64,000 nucleotides of DNA, taken from positions 256,001 to 320,000 of the forward strand of contig JAHPZA010000004.1 of assembly GCA_019058445.1 (NCBI GenBank), given 5' to 3'. Under the pieces are notes generated by a model. It made no database searches and was not told the origin of the DNA. It saw nothing but the letters and a program-made list of their open reading frames with translations. Shown one piece after another: positions 21,722-31,989 of the stretch. This DNA comes from Promethearchaeota archaeon. Lineage in GTDB: Archaea > Asgardarchaeota > Lokiarchaeia > Sigyniarchaeales > SOKP01. A program made the translations under genes and the position numbers. The stretch's first letter is position 1. The number at the start of each line of letters is the position of its first letter.

Positions 21722-23440
21722 ATGAGGATAATTGATAAAAAAATTGTTGCTGAATATCTAAAAACTTCCGTTAAGAATTTCTCAGTAGAAGAGTTGGAGA
21801 GTCTAATTGAGATTCCCCCTCAAAATATTAATTATTCTTACGCATTTCCCGTCTATCGACTGGCAAAATTCGAGAAAAAATCACCAAATTTAATTGCTAA
21901 AGAGTTGAAAGAAAACTTAGTTTTGCCTGATTTTTTAGATAAAGTAGAAGCAAAAGGTCCGTATTTAAATTTTAGAGTTAACACATACACAGTTTTAAAT
22001 AATATCTATGAATCGAAGCAAGACTATGGAAAAATTAGAGAATTAGTAGAAAAAAATAAATTTACTCCTCTTAGAATTGTCATCGAATATCCTGCTCCGA
22101 ATACGAATAAACCTCTTCATTTAGGACACGTTCGAAATATGCTATTAGGAAATTCGCTGTCTCAAATTTTAAAATATAAGGGTCATCAGGTTTTTCAGGT
22201 CAATTTGAACAACGATAGAGGCATACATATCTGTAAGAGTATGCTCGCATATAAAAAATGGGGAAATAATGAGGCGCCGAAAGAAAAGAAATCAGATCAT
22301 TTCGTAGGAGAGTATTATATTAAGTTTAGTCAAGAAGCAGAAAAAAATGATAAGCTAAATGAAGAAGCTGCATCCATGCTTAAATTATGGGAACAAAACG
22401 ATCCAGATACGAGAGCATTATGGAAAAAAATGAATACATGGGCTCTAGATGGCTTTAAGGAAACATATCGCAAGTTCGATATCTCTTTTGATAAGGAATA
22501 TTATGAGTCTAATTTATATAAGGAAGGAAAGGAAATAATTCTGGATAATCTTGGAAAAGGATTTCTCAACAAAACCGAAGATGGTGCGGTATATGCTAAC
22601 TTGAAAGAAACTTTTAATCTGCCTAATAAAATTTTACTAAGAAGTGATGGAACCTCCATATATATCACTCAAGATATTTATTTGGCATATCTGAAAAAGG
22701 AAGATTTCAAATATGACGAATCAATTTATGTAGTGGGCAATGAACAAGATCTTTATTTTAAACAACTTTTTGCAGTATTAGAGAGGATTGGATTTAAAGA
22801 ACAGAAATATCATTTATCCTATGGGATGATTAGTCTCCCCGAGGGGAAAATGAAAAGCAGAGAGGGTACTGTGGTTGATGCGGATGACATTATTGAAGAA
22901 ATGAATTATCTTGCTTATGAAGAAGTTCATAAAAGATATCCAAAGCTTCCAGAAAAGGAAAAAGCACGAAGAGCAAAAATATTAAGTATGTCAGCTTTGA
23001 GATTCTTCATTTTAAAATTTAATCCAAGATCCGATTTCATTTTTAATCCTAAGGAAAGCATTTCTTTTGAGGGAGAGACGGGACCATACATTCAATATTG
23101 CTATGCGAGAATTGAATCAATATTTAATAAATCTAAGGAAAAAATTGATTTGAATATTAATTTCGAACTCTTATCTCATGAAAAGGAATTAATTTTAATT
23201 AAGCAACTAAATTATTTTCCAGAAGTTATTGAAACCACAGCTACTTCCTATGGCATTCATTTACTTCCTCAATATCTCTTAAGTTTATGCCAAGATTTCA
23301 ATTCCTTTTATGCCAGTTGTCAAGTAATTTCGGAAAATAAAGAATTAGAGAGAGCAAGATTATTATTAATAAAATGTGTTCAAATTATTATCAAAATAGG
23401 ATTAAATCTTCTAGGAATAGAAACTTTAGAAGAAATGTAA
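21722..23440 (+). CDS. argS: Arginyl-tRNA synthetase
   Basis: PNTNKPLHLGH (HIGH), KMKSREG, GETGPYIQY, DALR-type C-terminus. Confidence 0.97.
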   Translation: MRIIDKKIVAEYLKTSVKNFSVEELESLIEIPPQNINYSYAFPVYRLAKFEKKSPNLIAKELKENLVLPDFLDKVEAKGPYLNFRVNTYTVLNNIYESKQDYGKIRELVEKNKFTPLRIVIEYPAPNTNKPLHLGHVRNMLLGNSLSQILKYKGHQVFQVNLNNDRGIHICKSMLAYKKWGNNEAPKEKKSDHFVGEYYIKFSQEAEKNDKLNEEAASMLKLWEQNDPDTRALWKKMNTWALDGFKETYRKFDISFDKEYYESNLYKEGKEIILDNLGKGFLNKTEDGAVYANLKETFNLPNKILLRSDGTSIYITQDIYLAYLKKEDFKYDESIYVVGNEQDLYFKQLFAVLERIGFKEQKYHLSYGMISLPEGKMKSREGTVVDADDIIEEMNYLAYEEVHKRYPKLPEKEKARRAKILSMSALRFFILKFNPRSDFIFNPKESISFEGETGPYIQYCYARIESIFNKSKEKIDLNINFELLSHEKELILIKQLNYFPEVIETTATSYGIHLLPQYLLSLCQDFNSFYASCQVISENKELERARLLLIKCVQIIIKIGLNLLGIETLEEM

Positions 23441-23473
23441 TATAAAATTAACGGGAAAATAGTTTTAGATATT

Positions 23474-24385
23474 ATGAATTTTTTTGATTTTGGTGAGATA
23501 ATCAATAAAGATACCCAATTTGTAATTTTTGGAATACCTTGGGATTATTTAACTTCTATCGAGGGACCTGATTCATCTCTCGCCCCCCAAAAAATACGGA
23601 ATGTAACAGAAAATTTAGCACTCACAACTGAATTAGGATCTGAAATTCCAAATATTAAAGCTGTTGACATTGGAGATGTAGAAATTGAGCCTAAAAATGT
23701 AGATAAAAATCTCAATGAAATAAAGAATTTTATTAATAAGATATATAAACAGAAGAAAGATGCTATTTTAGTTATTATTGGAGGCGATCATTTCTGCTCA
23801 TATCCAGTTGTAAAAACCGTGGGCGATAATAGAGATAATAAGAAAAATTTCGGCATTTTAATATTCGATTCTCATTTAGATCTTTATGAAGAATGGGATA
23901 AGGGAGTATATTCTCATGCTACAATTTCTCATAGAATTTATGATTTAGAATACGTTAATAATAAAAATCTATTAATCGTGGGTTCAAGAGATATTGATAT
24001 TCCAGAGCTAAAAATTGCTAATGCTGAAGAAATTGTTCATTTTGATGCTCATCTAATTGAAGAAATCGGGTTAAAGCAATTTACCGATAAAATTATTAGT
24101 TTTTTCAAAACCTCGGGTATTGAAGATTTATACGTATCGATCGATGTGGATGCGTTGGATCCATCTATCGCTCCCGCCACTGGATTTGCCATTCCCGGCG
24201 GTTTTTCCTATAGAGAATTGTGGAAAATACTAAGAGAGATACCTAACCATTTCGATGTGGTAGGGTTTGATTTAGTTGAGGTCGCCCCGAATTTGGACCT
24301 ACCTAATAATTTAACCAGTAATTTAGCAGCCAAATTGATTGTAGAATTTATGGATTTTATTACAATTAGGAAAAATAGACAATAA
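23474..24385 (+). CDS. speB: Agmatinase (ureohydrolase family)
   Basis: GGDH, DSHLD, SIDVDALDPSIAPATG, DLVEVAP. Confidence 0.88.
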   Translation: MNFFDFGEIINKDTQFVIFGIPWDYLTSIEGPDSSLAPQKIRNVTENLALTTELGSEIPNIKAVDIGDVEIEPKNVDKNLNEIKNFINKIYKQKKDAILVIIGGDHFCSYPVVKTVGDNRDNKKNFGILIFDSHLDLYEEWDKGVYSHATISHRIYDLEYVNNKNLLIVGSRDIDIPELKIANAEEIVHFDAHLIEEIGLKQFTDKIISFFKTSGIEDLYVSIDVDALDPSIAPATGFAIPGGFSYRELWKILREIPNHFDVVGFDLVEVAPNLDLPNNLTSNLAAKLIVEFMDFITIRKNRQ

Positions 24386-24387
24386 AA

Positions 24388-25338
24388 ATGAAAGAAAAAG
24401 AGAGAAAAGAAGTATTTCAAAAGGTCAATCAATTTAAAATAGAGAGAGATACAAATATCGTCGATCTTGTTAATAATCTTAAAGGAACTGGTTTTAATGC
24501 TAAAAGATTGGCTTTAGCATGTGAAATTTACTATAAAATGATCGAAGATAAAGATTGTGTGAAATTTTTCGGATTAGCGGGTGCTATGGTTCCAGTTGGT
24601 ATGCAACAAATAATTCACGATTTCATAGAAGAAGGATTCATTGATGTATTAGTAACCACAGGCGCGAATTTAACTCATGATATCGCGGAAACCTTAGGAT
24701 ATCATCATCTTCAAGGAGAAGTGCATATTGAAAGGTTAGATGATGTAAAGTTATATGAGCGAGAAATGAATAGGATATACGATGTCTTTCTGCCTAATAA
24801 GGTCTATGAAGGTATAGAAAATTTTGTTTCTAAATTGAAAATCCCAGACAATAATATGTCAGTCAGTGAATTTTTAAAATTTTTAGGAGAAAATATACCA
24901 AATAATCCAAAATCGATTTTAAGAATTTGCGCTGAAAAGAATATACCAATCTACTGTCCAGCTTTTACGGATTCTGGTTTAGCCCTACAACTAGGTTTTC
25001 ACCATCAAAAATTAAATCTTAATCATTTTAAGGATATGCTGGAAATGGTGAATTTAGCTTGGGATGCGAAAAAGGCAGGTATTTGTATAGTTGGTGGGGG
25101 AGTACCAAAAAACTTTATCTTCCAATCTATGCAATTTTGCCCTAATTCTGCTGATTATGCTATTCAAATTACAATGGATAGACCAGAACCAGGCGGACTT
25201 TCCGGTGCTACATTAAATGAGGCTATGTCTTGGGGAAAAATTAATAAACATGCGAAGCATTCAACTATTATCTCGGATGCGACGATTGCACTTCCTATAC
25301 TCTTCTGGTATCTGAAAGAATCAAGAGTAGGAAGTTAA
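24388..25338 (+). CDS. dys: Deoxyhypusine synthase
   Basis: TTGANLTHD, CPAFTDS, GGGVPKN, GGLSGATLNEAMSWGK, DATIALP. Confidence 0.95.
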   Translation: MKEKERKEVFQKVNQFKIERDTNIVDLVNNLKGTGFNAKRLALACEIYYKMIEDKDCVKFFGLAGAMVPVGMQQIIHDFIEEGFIDVLVTTGANLTHDIAETLGYHHLQGEVHIERLDDVKLYEREMNRIYDVFLPNKVYEGIENFVSKLKIPDNNMSVSEFLKFLGENIPNNPKSILRICAEKNIPIYCPAFTDSGLALQLGFHHQKLNLNHFKDMLEMVNLAWDAKKAGICIVGGGVPKNFIFQSMQFCPNSADYAIQITMDRPEPGGLSGATLNEAMSWGKINKHAKHSTIISDATIALPILFWYLKESRVGS

Positions 25339-25344
25339 TTGTTT

Positions 25345-25809
25345 TTAAAAAAAAGTACCCTTGAGTTTCTGATCTATCGTTTTAGTTTCAGAGCCAAAGA
25401 TTTTATCAAGTTTTTCTTTAAATGTTTGGAATTGAGAAATTTCTGACAAATTTTTCCCGTTATATTTCGCGATAAACTGCTTCATTATTTCTTTTAATGA
25501 AGGAATAACGACTTTTGAAATGTGTTTGTCAATCTTTTTTTCTTGGTCTAATATGGCATATGCGATTAGCGGTTCAGGTTCAGGACTGTCTTCTGGCTTT
25601 ATTTTATCTTCGATAAATGATATAACAAATTTACGCATCTCAAAATATTCAATAGTGTCCTTAGAAAAAGCACTCTCCGCAAAATTTATAAGAGCGGTTA
25701 ACAGCGCTGATCGTAGATCTTTATCAATTTTATTGTCTGAGGTTTGATGATACGTTGCAAATAATAGCGTAAAACCCCTGAATAATATACCGCTTTCTCG
25801 GATAACCAT
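25345..25809 (-). CDS. Longin-like domain protein
   Basis: DKDLRSALLTALINFAESAF...IEYFEM pattern typical of Asgard longin-like domains. Confidence 0.6.
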   Translation of the reverse strand: MVIRESGILFRGFTLLFATYHQTSDNKIDKDLRSALLTALINFAESAFSKDTIEYFEMRKFVISFIEDKIKPEDSPEPEPLIAYAILDQEKKIDKHISKVVIPSLKEIMKQFIAKYNGKNLSEISQFQTFKEKLDKIFGSETKTIDQKLKGTFF

Positions 25810-25932
25810 AATTAGTGTTTACTTCTGCAATAAGATATTATTTTAAATTCTTAATTTAAATATCGAAATACTAATTATGTTAAATAAACGATTGTGATCT
25901 ATTAAATCTTTTAGATATAGAAGATGGTAAAG

Positions 25933-27390
25933 TTAAAGTTCTTCATACCATTTGTTAAAAAATTTCTTCCATAGTATTAGTTCACTAAATATCTCTCTTT
26001 TTTTCCATGCTTTTAACACTTCAAAATAGTTCTCTTTATACTCTCCAATCAATTGTTTTTTAGTATAAGATTTCGAAGGTTTTTCTGGTACTGAATTTTT
26101 AAATGCGTTAGAAGGCAATTTCCACCATTCCTTTAAAAATTCTGAGCCAAACTCATTCTCATAATATTGCATATTTTTATATACGAACACGTTTGGGTAA
26201 TTGGAAAAAAGTGTTGGACTTATTTGGATATTCTCATGCATGGCATAATTGTTAACAAAGTCTAATGTTTCGTTGAAAGTACTCTGATCCTCTCCTGGAA
26301 ATCCTGCAAGAAGATTTAACCTACAATAAGGGCCATCTGAAAGCTTATATTGATTTAAGATAGATATCATTGTTTCGATGTACTCTCGGGGATTCTCAGT
26401 TTTATGCATCTCGGGTAATAATCTCTTACTTGCTGATTCAAATCCAAATCCGATAATCATTCCACATGTTCTATGCTTTTTAATTAAATTTAGATTATTC
26501 TTAAAAGATTCTACTCTACTCTGACATGAAAAACTAAATTTTTCATTCAATTTATTTTGAATTAAATAATCTACGACTTTATTGCTAATAGACACTCGAT
26601 TGAAAGATTGGTCAGCAAAAGCTATTTTTGGAGCATTATAATTATATTGCTCAACAATTCTACATAATTTTTCAAATTCTTTTTTGAACTTTTGAAAAGT
26701 GAAACTTCTAAAATCATAATTTTGAGCGCAAAAAGCACATTGATAAGGACAACCTCTTGACATGAAATACTCAAATTTGAATTTGTTTTTGTAAGGATAT
26801 TGTTCTAAATATAATTCATAGTCCGGAAAGGGTAGGGTATTTATTTCAATGCAACCGTTTGAATTTAATATTCTTGTTCTCCTACGTGGTTTTAAATTAT
26901 TAGATTTTAATAAATTTAATAGTGATAATTCAGCTTCACCTCTTATTACAAAATCAAAAGGAGATTCTCTAAAAAAGGAATTTCTAAAATCTTTAGGAAC
27001 AGCTGTAGGATGATAACCACCTACAATAATGGGTTTTTTTGGAAATTCCTTTTTTAATATCTTAGCAATTAAGTCCGTTTGAAGATATTGGAAACTCGTA
27101 TAACAATTTATACCTATGTTCTGAAACTCCTGTAAATTTTTTTTTTCCAAACATTTTAGAAGAGAAACTTTGAATAGGTCATTTGGTTCTGTAGAATCTA
27201 AATTTTTATAATTTTCTTGTTCTACTCGTAAATCAATTATCTGAGTTTCAATATTCACCCTTTCTTTAAGAAAGGATGAGAGGTGCAGTGTTCCCAATGG
27301 GATATCATTATAATATAGTGCTTTTTGGTATTCTTCAATATAAAAAAATCCGGGAATAATAAACAGTAACTTATTCTTGTTTGTCGACAT
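25933..27390 (-). CDS. B12-binding radical SAM protein
   Basis: PLG, IIVGGYHPT, RGEAE, SRGCPYQCAFC, GFES, GFPGE. Confidence 0.9.
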   Translation of the reverse strand: MSTNKNKLLFIIPGFFYIEEYQKALYYNDIPLGTLHLSSFLKERVNIETQIIDLRVEQENYKNLDSTEPNDLFKVSLLKCLEKKNLQEFQNIGINCYTSFQYLQTDLIAKILKKEFPKKPIIVGGYHPTAVPKDFRNSFFRESPFDFVIRGEAELSLLNLLKSNNLKPRRRTRILNSNGCIEINTLPFPDYELYLEQYPYKNKFKFEYFMSRGCPYQCAFCAQNYDFRSFTFQKFKKEFEKLCRIVEQYNYNAPKIAFADQSFNRVSISNKVVDYLIQNKLNEKFSFSCQSRVESFKNNLNLIKKHRTCGMIIGFGFESASKRLLPEMHKTENPREYIETMISILNQYKLSDGPYCRLNLLAGFPGEDQSTFNETLDFVNNYAMHENIQISPTLFSNYPNVFVYKNMQYYENEFGSEFLKEWWKLPSNAFKNSVPEKPSKSYTKKQLIGEYKENYFEVLKAWKKREIFSELILWKKFFNKWYEEL

Positions 27391-27467
27391 GTTGAATATA
27401 GCGAATTTTATATTCCTATAATTAAATTAAATCCTAAATTTTATAAACTCATAGTATATATTTTATT

Positions 27468-27947
27468 CTATTCTAAGTAAGTTTCTAAAAACACCAAGAC
27501 TTCTTTTAATACTTTCTTTTTAAAAGTTAATCGGTCAGTTTTAAAAACAAATTTCTTAACAAATGTCTCCTGTACTGTTGAAAAACCGATATAAACTAAA
27601 CCTACAGGTTTTTCGGGGGTTCCACCTGTTGGACCTGCAATACCTGTAATTCCTATCCCAATATCGCAAGGTTTTGAGATAACTCTGACTCCATAGGCCA
27701 TTTTTTCCGCAACTTCCTCTGAAACTGCTCCGAAATTCTCTAGTATTTCGGGATTTACCTTTAGAATATCAATTTTCGCTTGATTTCCATATGAAACTAC
27801 TCCCCTTTCAAAAATTTCTGAGGAACCAGAAATATTAGTTATCATATGAGATACATAACCCCCAGTACACGATTCGGCAATCGCAATTATAAGATTTTTT
27901 TCAGCGAAGTTTTTTATAATCGTTTCAATTCGTTCTAATATTTCCAT
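27468..27947 (-). CDS. CinA C-terminal domain / NMN deamidase (PncC-like)
   Basis: AESCTGG, GAVSEEVA, ITGIAGPTGG...KPVG. Confidence 0.92.
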   Translation of the reverse strand: MEILERIETIIKNFAEKNLIIAIAESCTGGYVSHMITNISGSSEIFERGVVSYGNQAKIDILKVNPEILENFGAVSEEVAEKMAYGVRVISKPCDIGIGITGIAGPTGGTPEKPVGLVYIGFSTVQETFVKKFVFKTDRLTFKKKVLKEVLVFLETYLE

Positions 27948-28047
27948 ATGACGTATCTTTATAGATTTTAATAATTTATATCAAATTACGATATTAAAAT
28001 AATATTCATTACAAATAAAAAAATGTTAATTTAAAAAATTAAAGGAG

Positions 28048-28998
28048 ATGAAAAATTTGATTGTTGATGTTCATTTTCATTCAATTCCCTATTCCATTCC
28101 AAATGAAAGAATCAATATGATGGTAGAGGAATGGCCAATGCGAATAGCGAAAATCATGGGTATTAACCCAAATAAAGAATTGTTCATCCAGAAAGCGCAA
28201 GAATTATGGGGGGATAAAGATGGCTCTAAAATGATTAAAATAATGAATGAAAGCGGGATTGATTTCACCTTAATTTGTAATGTTGATAATTCTGGAATAG
28301 AAGGAGCGACTATTGAAAAGGTTCAAGAAATTAATAAAAGAGTTGGAAATATAGCAAAAAAATATCCTGATAGAGTGATGGCTTTAGCAGGAGTAGACCC
28401 AAGGCGCCCAGAAGCGTTAGACATGTTAAAGGAATGTTTTGAAGAATTTGGTATGAAAGGCCTAAAATATCATAGTGATAATGGTTATTATCCTAATGGC
28501 CCTGAATCTTATAAGTTGCTTAAATATTTAGAAAAAAATAATGGAGTTTTACTTACTCATACTGGTCCCATACCCCCACCTAGCCGTCCAAAATTTGCAG
28601 AACCAATGCAACTCTCTGATATAGGAGTAGATTTTCCCAATCTTAAAATGATCGCAGCACATATGGGATTAATTAACTGGAGACCTTGGGCGGCGCTAGC
28701 CTCTTCTCAACCTAATCTTTATGGAGATTTGGCAATGTGGAGTCCTTATGCCTATGGAAAGTTTGAATTATTTTGCCGAGAATTGCGTGATATAATTGAT
28801 TATGCGGGAGTAGAGAAAGTCCTTTTTGGTTCAGATTTTCCTATTTATGATGTGGCTTTACCTGTAAAGGATTTCATTAAAATAGTTAAAAGTCTGCCAA
28901 AAAAAGCTCCAAAAGGAATAACATTTACTAATGAGGAAATTAATGCTATTCTAGGGGATAATGCTGCTAAAGTTTTAGGATTGAGTAAAGATCATTAA
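28048..28998 (+). CDS. Amidohydrolase_2 family protein
   Basis: DVHFH, GLKYH, HTG, AAHMG, LFGSDFP, LGDNA. Confidence 0.92.
   Translation: MKNLIVDVHFHSIPYSIPNERINMMVEEWPMRIAKIMGINPNKELFIQKAQELWGDKDGSKMIKIMNESGIDFTLICNVDNSGIEGATIEKVQEINKRVGNIAKKYPDRVMALAGVDPRRPEALDMLKECFEEFGMKGLKYHSDNGYYPNGPESYKLLKYLEKNNGVLLTHTGPIPPPSRPKFAEPMQLSDIGVDFPNLKMIAAHMGLINWRPWAALASSQPNLYGDLAMWSPYAYGKFELFCRELRDIIDYAGVEKVLFGSDFPIYDVALPVKDFIKIVKSLPKKAPKGITFTNEEINAILGDNAAKVLGLSKDH
28823..28987 (+). repeat. Degenerate direct repeat, copy 1 (3' end of amidohydrolase)
   Basis: Ungapped match to 33443-33607; 132/165 identical by hand count (about 80%). Confidence 0.85.
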
Positions 28999-29102
28999 AT
29001 AAATTAAATTTTCACAATTTATTTTATTTCTTCAAGTGGAATTTTATATCTTTCATTTGGATTTATTTATCGCTTTAATTAAAATAGCTTGTTAAGTCTA
29101 AT

Positions 29103-29687
29103 CTATTTTTTAAATGCTTCAGGATTTAGTGAGATAATCAAATTTTTAAAATCTGAAAGAGTAGTATCTAATTTAAAATCAATATTAAACACATTTTCTA
29201 AATGTTTTTTGATATAATAACCTTCAAAAAAAACTGATGTGATTTTAGCCATTTTAGTTGGATTTTCAAATCCTAGTTCTTGATATATCGATTTATAAAG
29301 TTCTAAACTTTTATTTTGTACAGAAAGTATATCAAGATTCACTTCTTTACACATTTCTGGTTTGGATAAACCTTGATAAACGATTGAGAATTTATCTTGA
29401 TCGATAATATAATCTCGAATTTCAAATATTATCTCAAACTTTGCGAGTGAAGACATATTGTCAAAATTAGGAAAAAGCTTATTTATTGCGGACTTTATAA
29501 ATGAATCTTCATAAATATTTTCTTCTTTTAATTGAAGAAGAATCTCTTTTTTAGATCTATAATATTTATAAAATGTCCTACGAGAAACCTCAGCTTTTTT
29601 AAGAATATCTTCCACAGTTGTAATATCATATCCCTTTTCAGCAAAAGTTTCTATTGCAGCATCAAATATTTTTGTTTTAGTCGACAT
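29103..29687 (-). CDS. TetR/AcrR-family regulator
   Basis: KIFDAAIETFAEKGY..TTVEDILKKAEVSRRTFYKYY..K. Confidence 0.92.
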   Translation of the reverse strand: MSTKTKIFDAAIETFAEKGYDITTVEDILKKAEVSRRTFYKYYRSKKEILLQLKEENIYEDSFIKSAINKLFPNFDNMSSLAKFEIIFEIRDYIIDQDKFSIVYQGLSKPEMCKEVNLDILSVQNKSLELYKSIYQELGFENPTKMAKITSVFFEGYYIKKHLENVFNIDFKLDTTLSDFKNLIISLNPEAFKK

Positions 29688-29798
29688 GTTCTCATTTTTT
29701 TGTGAACTTTCAGCTTTCTATAATTATCTCAACTTTAGAAATCTTTATATATATAATAAAGATTGATAATATATTAGTATGTATACTTTGTAAATATA

Positions 29799-29812
29799 TA
29801 TGTATATACATA
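29799..29812. promoter_or_regulatory. 14-bp perfect palindrome TATGTATATACATA, candidate TetR operator
   Basis: Lies between the divergent tetR and MFS genes; low complexity weakens the call. Confidence 0.35.
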
Positions 29813-29857
29813 ACAAAAATAAAAAATAAAATCTATTACACAAATAGATATTTTAGG

Positions 29858-31306
29858 GTGAAAATCATATCCAATAAAAATTTAAAACTTGAAGACATAA
29901 ATAATCAGCCTGATTCAGATTTAAATGTAAAAAAATATTCTCTTTGGATTTTAATTTCATTTCAGTTTGGACAATTGGTAAGTAATATGTTTGCATATAC
30001 ATTCACAGCCCAGATGCAGTATTATTATGAAAAAATAGTCCTTCTGCAAATCGGTTTATTTACCCTCGCTTTTATTATATATACTATATGGAATATGTTT
30101 AATGATCCGGTAATAGGTTATTTATGTGATAGTTCTACAAGATTAACAAAGAGATGGGGAAAGAGGTTTCCATTTATTGTGATATTTGGCATTCCTTGGT
30201 GTATAAGCTTTATGTTTTTATTCATGGCTCCCTCAACAGAGAAATATGGTCAATTAATAGTTTTTTTTTGGCTTTTAACTATGATTTGTGTATTTGATAC
30301 TCTTGCTTCAGGATGGCAGATCAATCATATGAGCCTTTTTCCAGATAAATTTCGCGATGATATTCAACGTAAACAGTCTGGTAGTATATTTGCTATTTTA
30401 TCTACTATTGGATTAATGCTTGGAGCAATTATTCCTGGAATCGTTGTTTCAATGTTTGATACAAAATTAGGATATGTACTTATGGCATTAGTTTTAGGAT
30501 TAATAGGATTAATATTCATGATAGGTTCAATTCCGGGGAGTCGAGAAAATATAGAAATTCGTGAACGTAGAACTCTGCTGGATACTCAAGAGAGAACACA
30601 ATTTTTTCGAAGTATGAGAACCGTCTTAAAACAGAGAAATTTTAGGGCATATCTAATATATTCACTACTATATTCTGCATTTTATGCGATTGGTGTTGCT
30701 TCAATACCATTTTGGGTGGATGATATGTTAGGATTACCAAAAATAATGGAAATTTTTTTAATGCTTGGATTAATAATAAGTCAACCCTTAACTGCTCCAT
30801 TTTGGTATAAATTAACATTAAAAATTGGTTCTAGAAAAGTCTTAGTCATAGGAACCTTAATGGCAGGATTAGGATTAATCCCCCTTATTTTTGTATCAAG
30901 AGGATCTGTGGGTATTATACTAACAATGATATCAATGATATTAGTTGGAATAGGCGGAGGAGGGCGATTGGTCGCAGCATTTCCAATTTGGAGTGACATT
31001 ATTGATGAAGCGACAGTAATTAATCAAGAAAGGCAAGAAGGATTATATCAGGGAATAAATACATTCTTTTATAGATTAGCAATAGCAATTCAAGTTATAA
31101 TATTTTTCATTATACATACTTTAAGTGGATATGATCCTGAAGCTCAACAACAAAGTGAAATAGCTCTCGTTGGTCTAAAAATTCAAGCAGCTATAATTCC
31201 GATGCTGATCCTAATATCTGCAGCGTTAATATTTTGGATAATATATGATCTTACTCCTGAAAAAGTAAATAATTTAAAAATTCAACTAAACCAAATAAAA
31301 TTATAA
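29858..31306 (+). CDS. GPH-family (MFS_2) sugar/glycoside:cation symporter
   Basis: WNMFNDPVIG, RWGKRFPF, SDIIDE...RQEGLY; start reassigned to about 29858. Confidence 0.9.
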   Translation: MKIISNKNLKLEDINNQPDSDLNVKKYSLWILISFQFGQLVSNMFAYTFTAQMQYYYEKIVLLQIGLFTLAFIIYTIWNMFNDPVIGYLCDSSTRLTKRWGKRFPFIVIFGIPWCISFMFLFMAPSTEKYGQLIVFFWLLTMICVFDTLASGWQINHMSLFPDKFRDDIQRKQSGSIFAILSTIGLMLGAIIPGIVVSMFDTKLGYVLMALVLGLIGLIFMIGSIPGSRENIEIRERRTLLDTQERTQFFRSMRTVLKQRNFRAYLIYSLLYSAFYAIGVASIPFWVDDMLGLPKIMEIFLMLGLIISQPLTAPFWYKLTLKIGSRKVLVIGTLMAGLGLIPLIFVSRGSVGIILTMISMILVGIGGGGRLVAAFPIWSDIIDEATVINQERQEGLYQGINTFFYRLAIAIQVIIFFIIHTLSGYDPEAQQQSEIALVGLKIQAAIIPMLILISAALIFWIIYDLTPEKVNNLKIQLNQIKL

Positions 31307-31338
31307 ATGATAAATAAATTAAGCGAGATTTAAAAAAA

Positions 31339-31989
31339 ATGGTTGAGAATATTAGTAAACTTTTATCTGATTTGGAAGAAAACAGAGTTTTAGAGTTAGT
31401 AAAAGAATTAATTCAAAAGGGAGAGAATCCCAATAAAATACTAGAAGCCGTTGGAAATGGGATGCGCTTAATTGGAGAAAGATGGAAATCCAAAGAATAC
31501 TTCACTCCAGAAGTTATTTTTGGAGCAGAAATTTCTCATGAAATTACAGAAATATTAAATCCCATATTAGAAAATAATATTAATAATGAGGAAAAAAAGC
31601 CTATCATCCTTATTGGTACGGTTAAAGGAGATATCCATGATATTGGGAAAAATATTATAATATCACTATTAAGAGCAGAAAAATTTGGGATTTATGATCT
31701 TGGTGTAGATCTCCCACCGGAGGTTTTTATTGAAAAAATTAAAGAACTTAAACCTAATATTTTAGGACTTAGTGGATTACTTACTTTAGCGGTTGATTCA
31801 ATGAAAGAACTTATTGATAAAATTTCTGAGGAGGGATTAAGGGAGAATATTAAAATCATAATAGGAGGACCTTTTTTGAGTGAGAAAACGTGCAATTATG
31901 TTGGCGCAGATGCATATACTAATAATGGAGATGATGGAATTGAGATTATTAAAAATTGGATGGTGAATTATAATGGCAAAGGTTGTTAA
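31339..31989 (+). CDS. Corrinoid (B12-binding) methyl-acceptor protein
   Basis: Cap domain plus GTVKGDIHDIGKN (DxHxxG), LSGLLT, IIGG, GADAY. Confidence 0.93.
   Translation: MVENISKLLSDLEENRVLELVKELIQKGENPNKILEAVGNGMRLIGERWKSKEYFTPEVIFGAEISHEITEILNPILENNINNEEKKPIILIGTVKGDIHDIGKNIIISLLRAEKFGIYDLGVDLPPEVFIEKIKELKPNILGLSGLLTLAVDSMKELIDKISEEGLRENIKIIIGGPFLSEKTCNYVGADAYTNNGDDGIEIIKNWMVNYNGKGC

Noticed and set aside
29702-29857. 52-aa N-terminal extension of the MFS ORF given in the track
   Set aside because: AT-rich divergent promoter sequence starting 14 bp from tetR; not MFS-like
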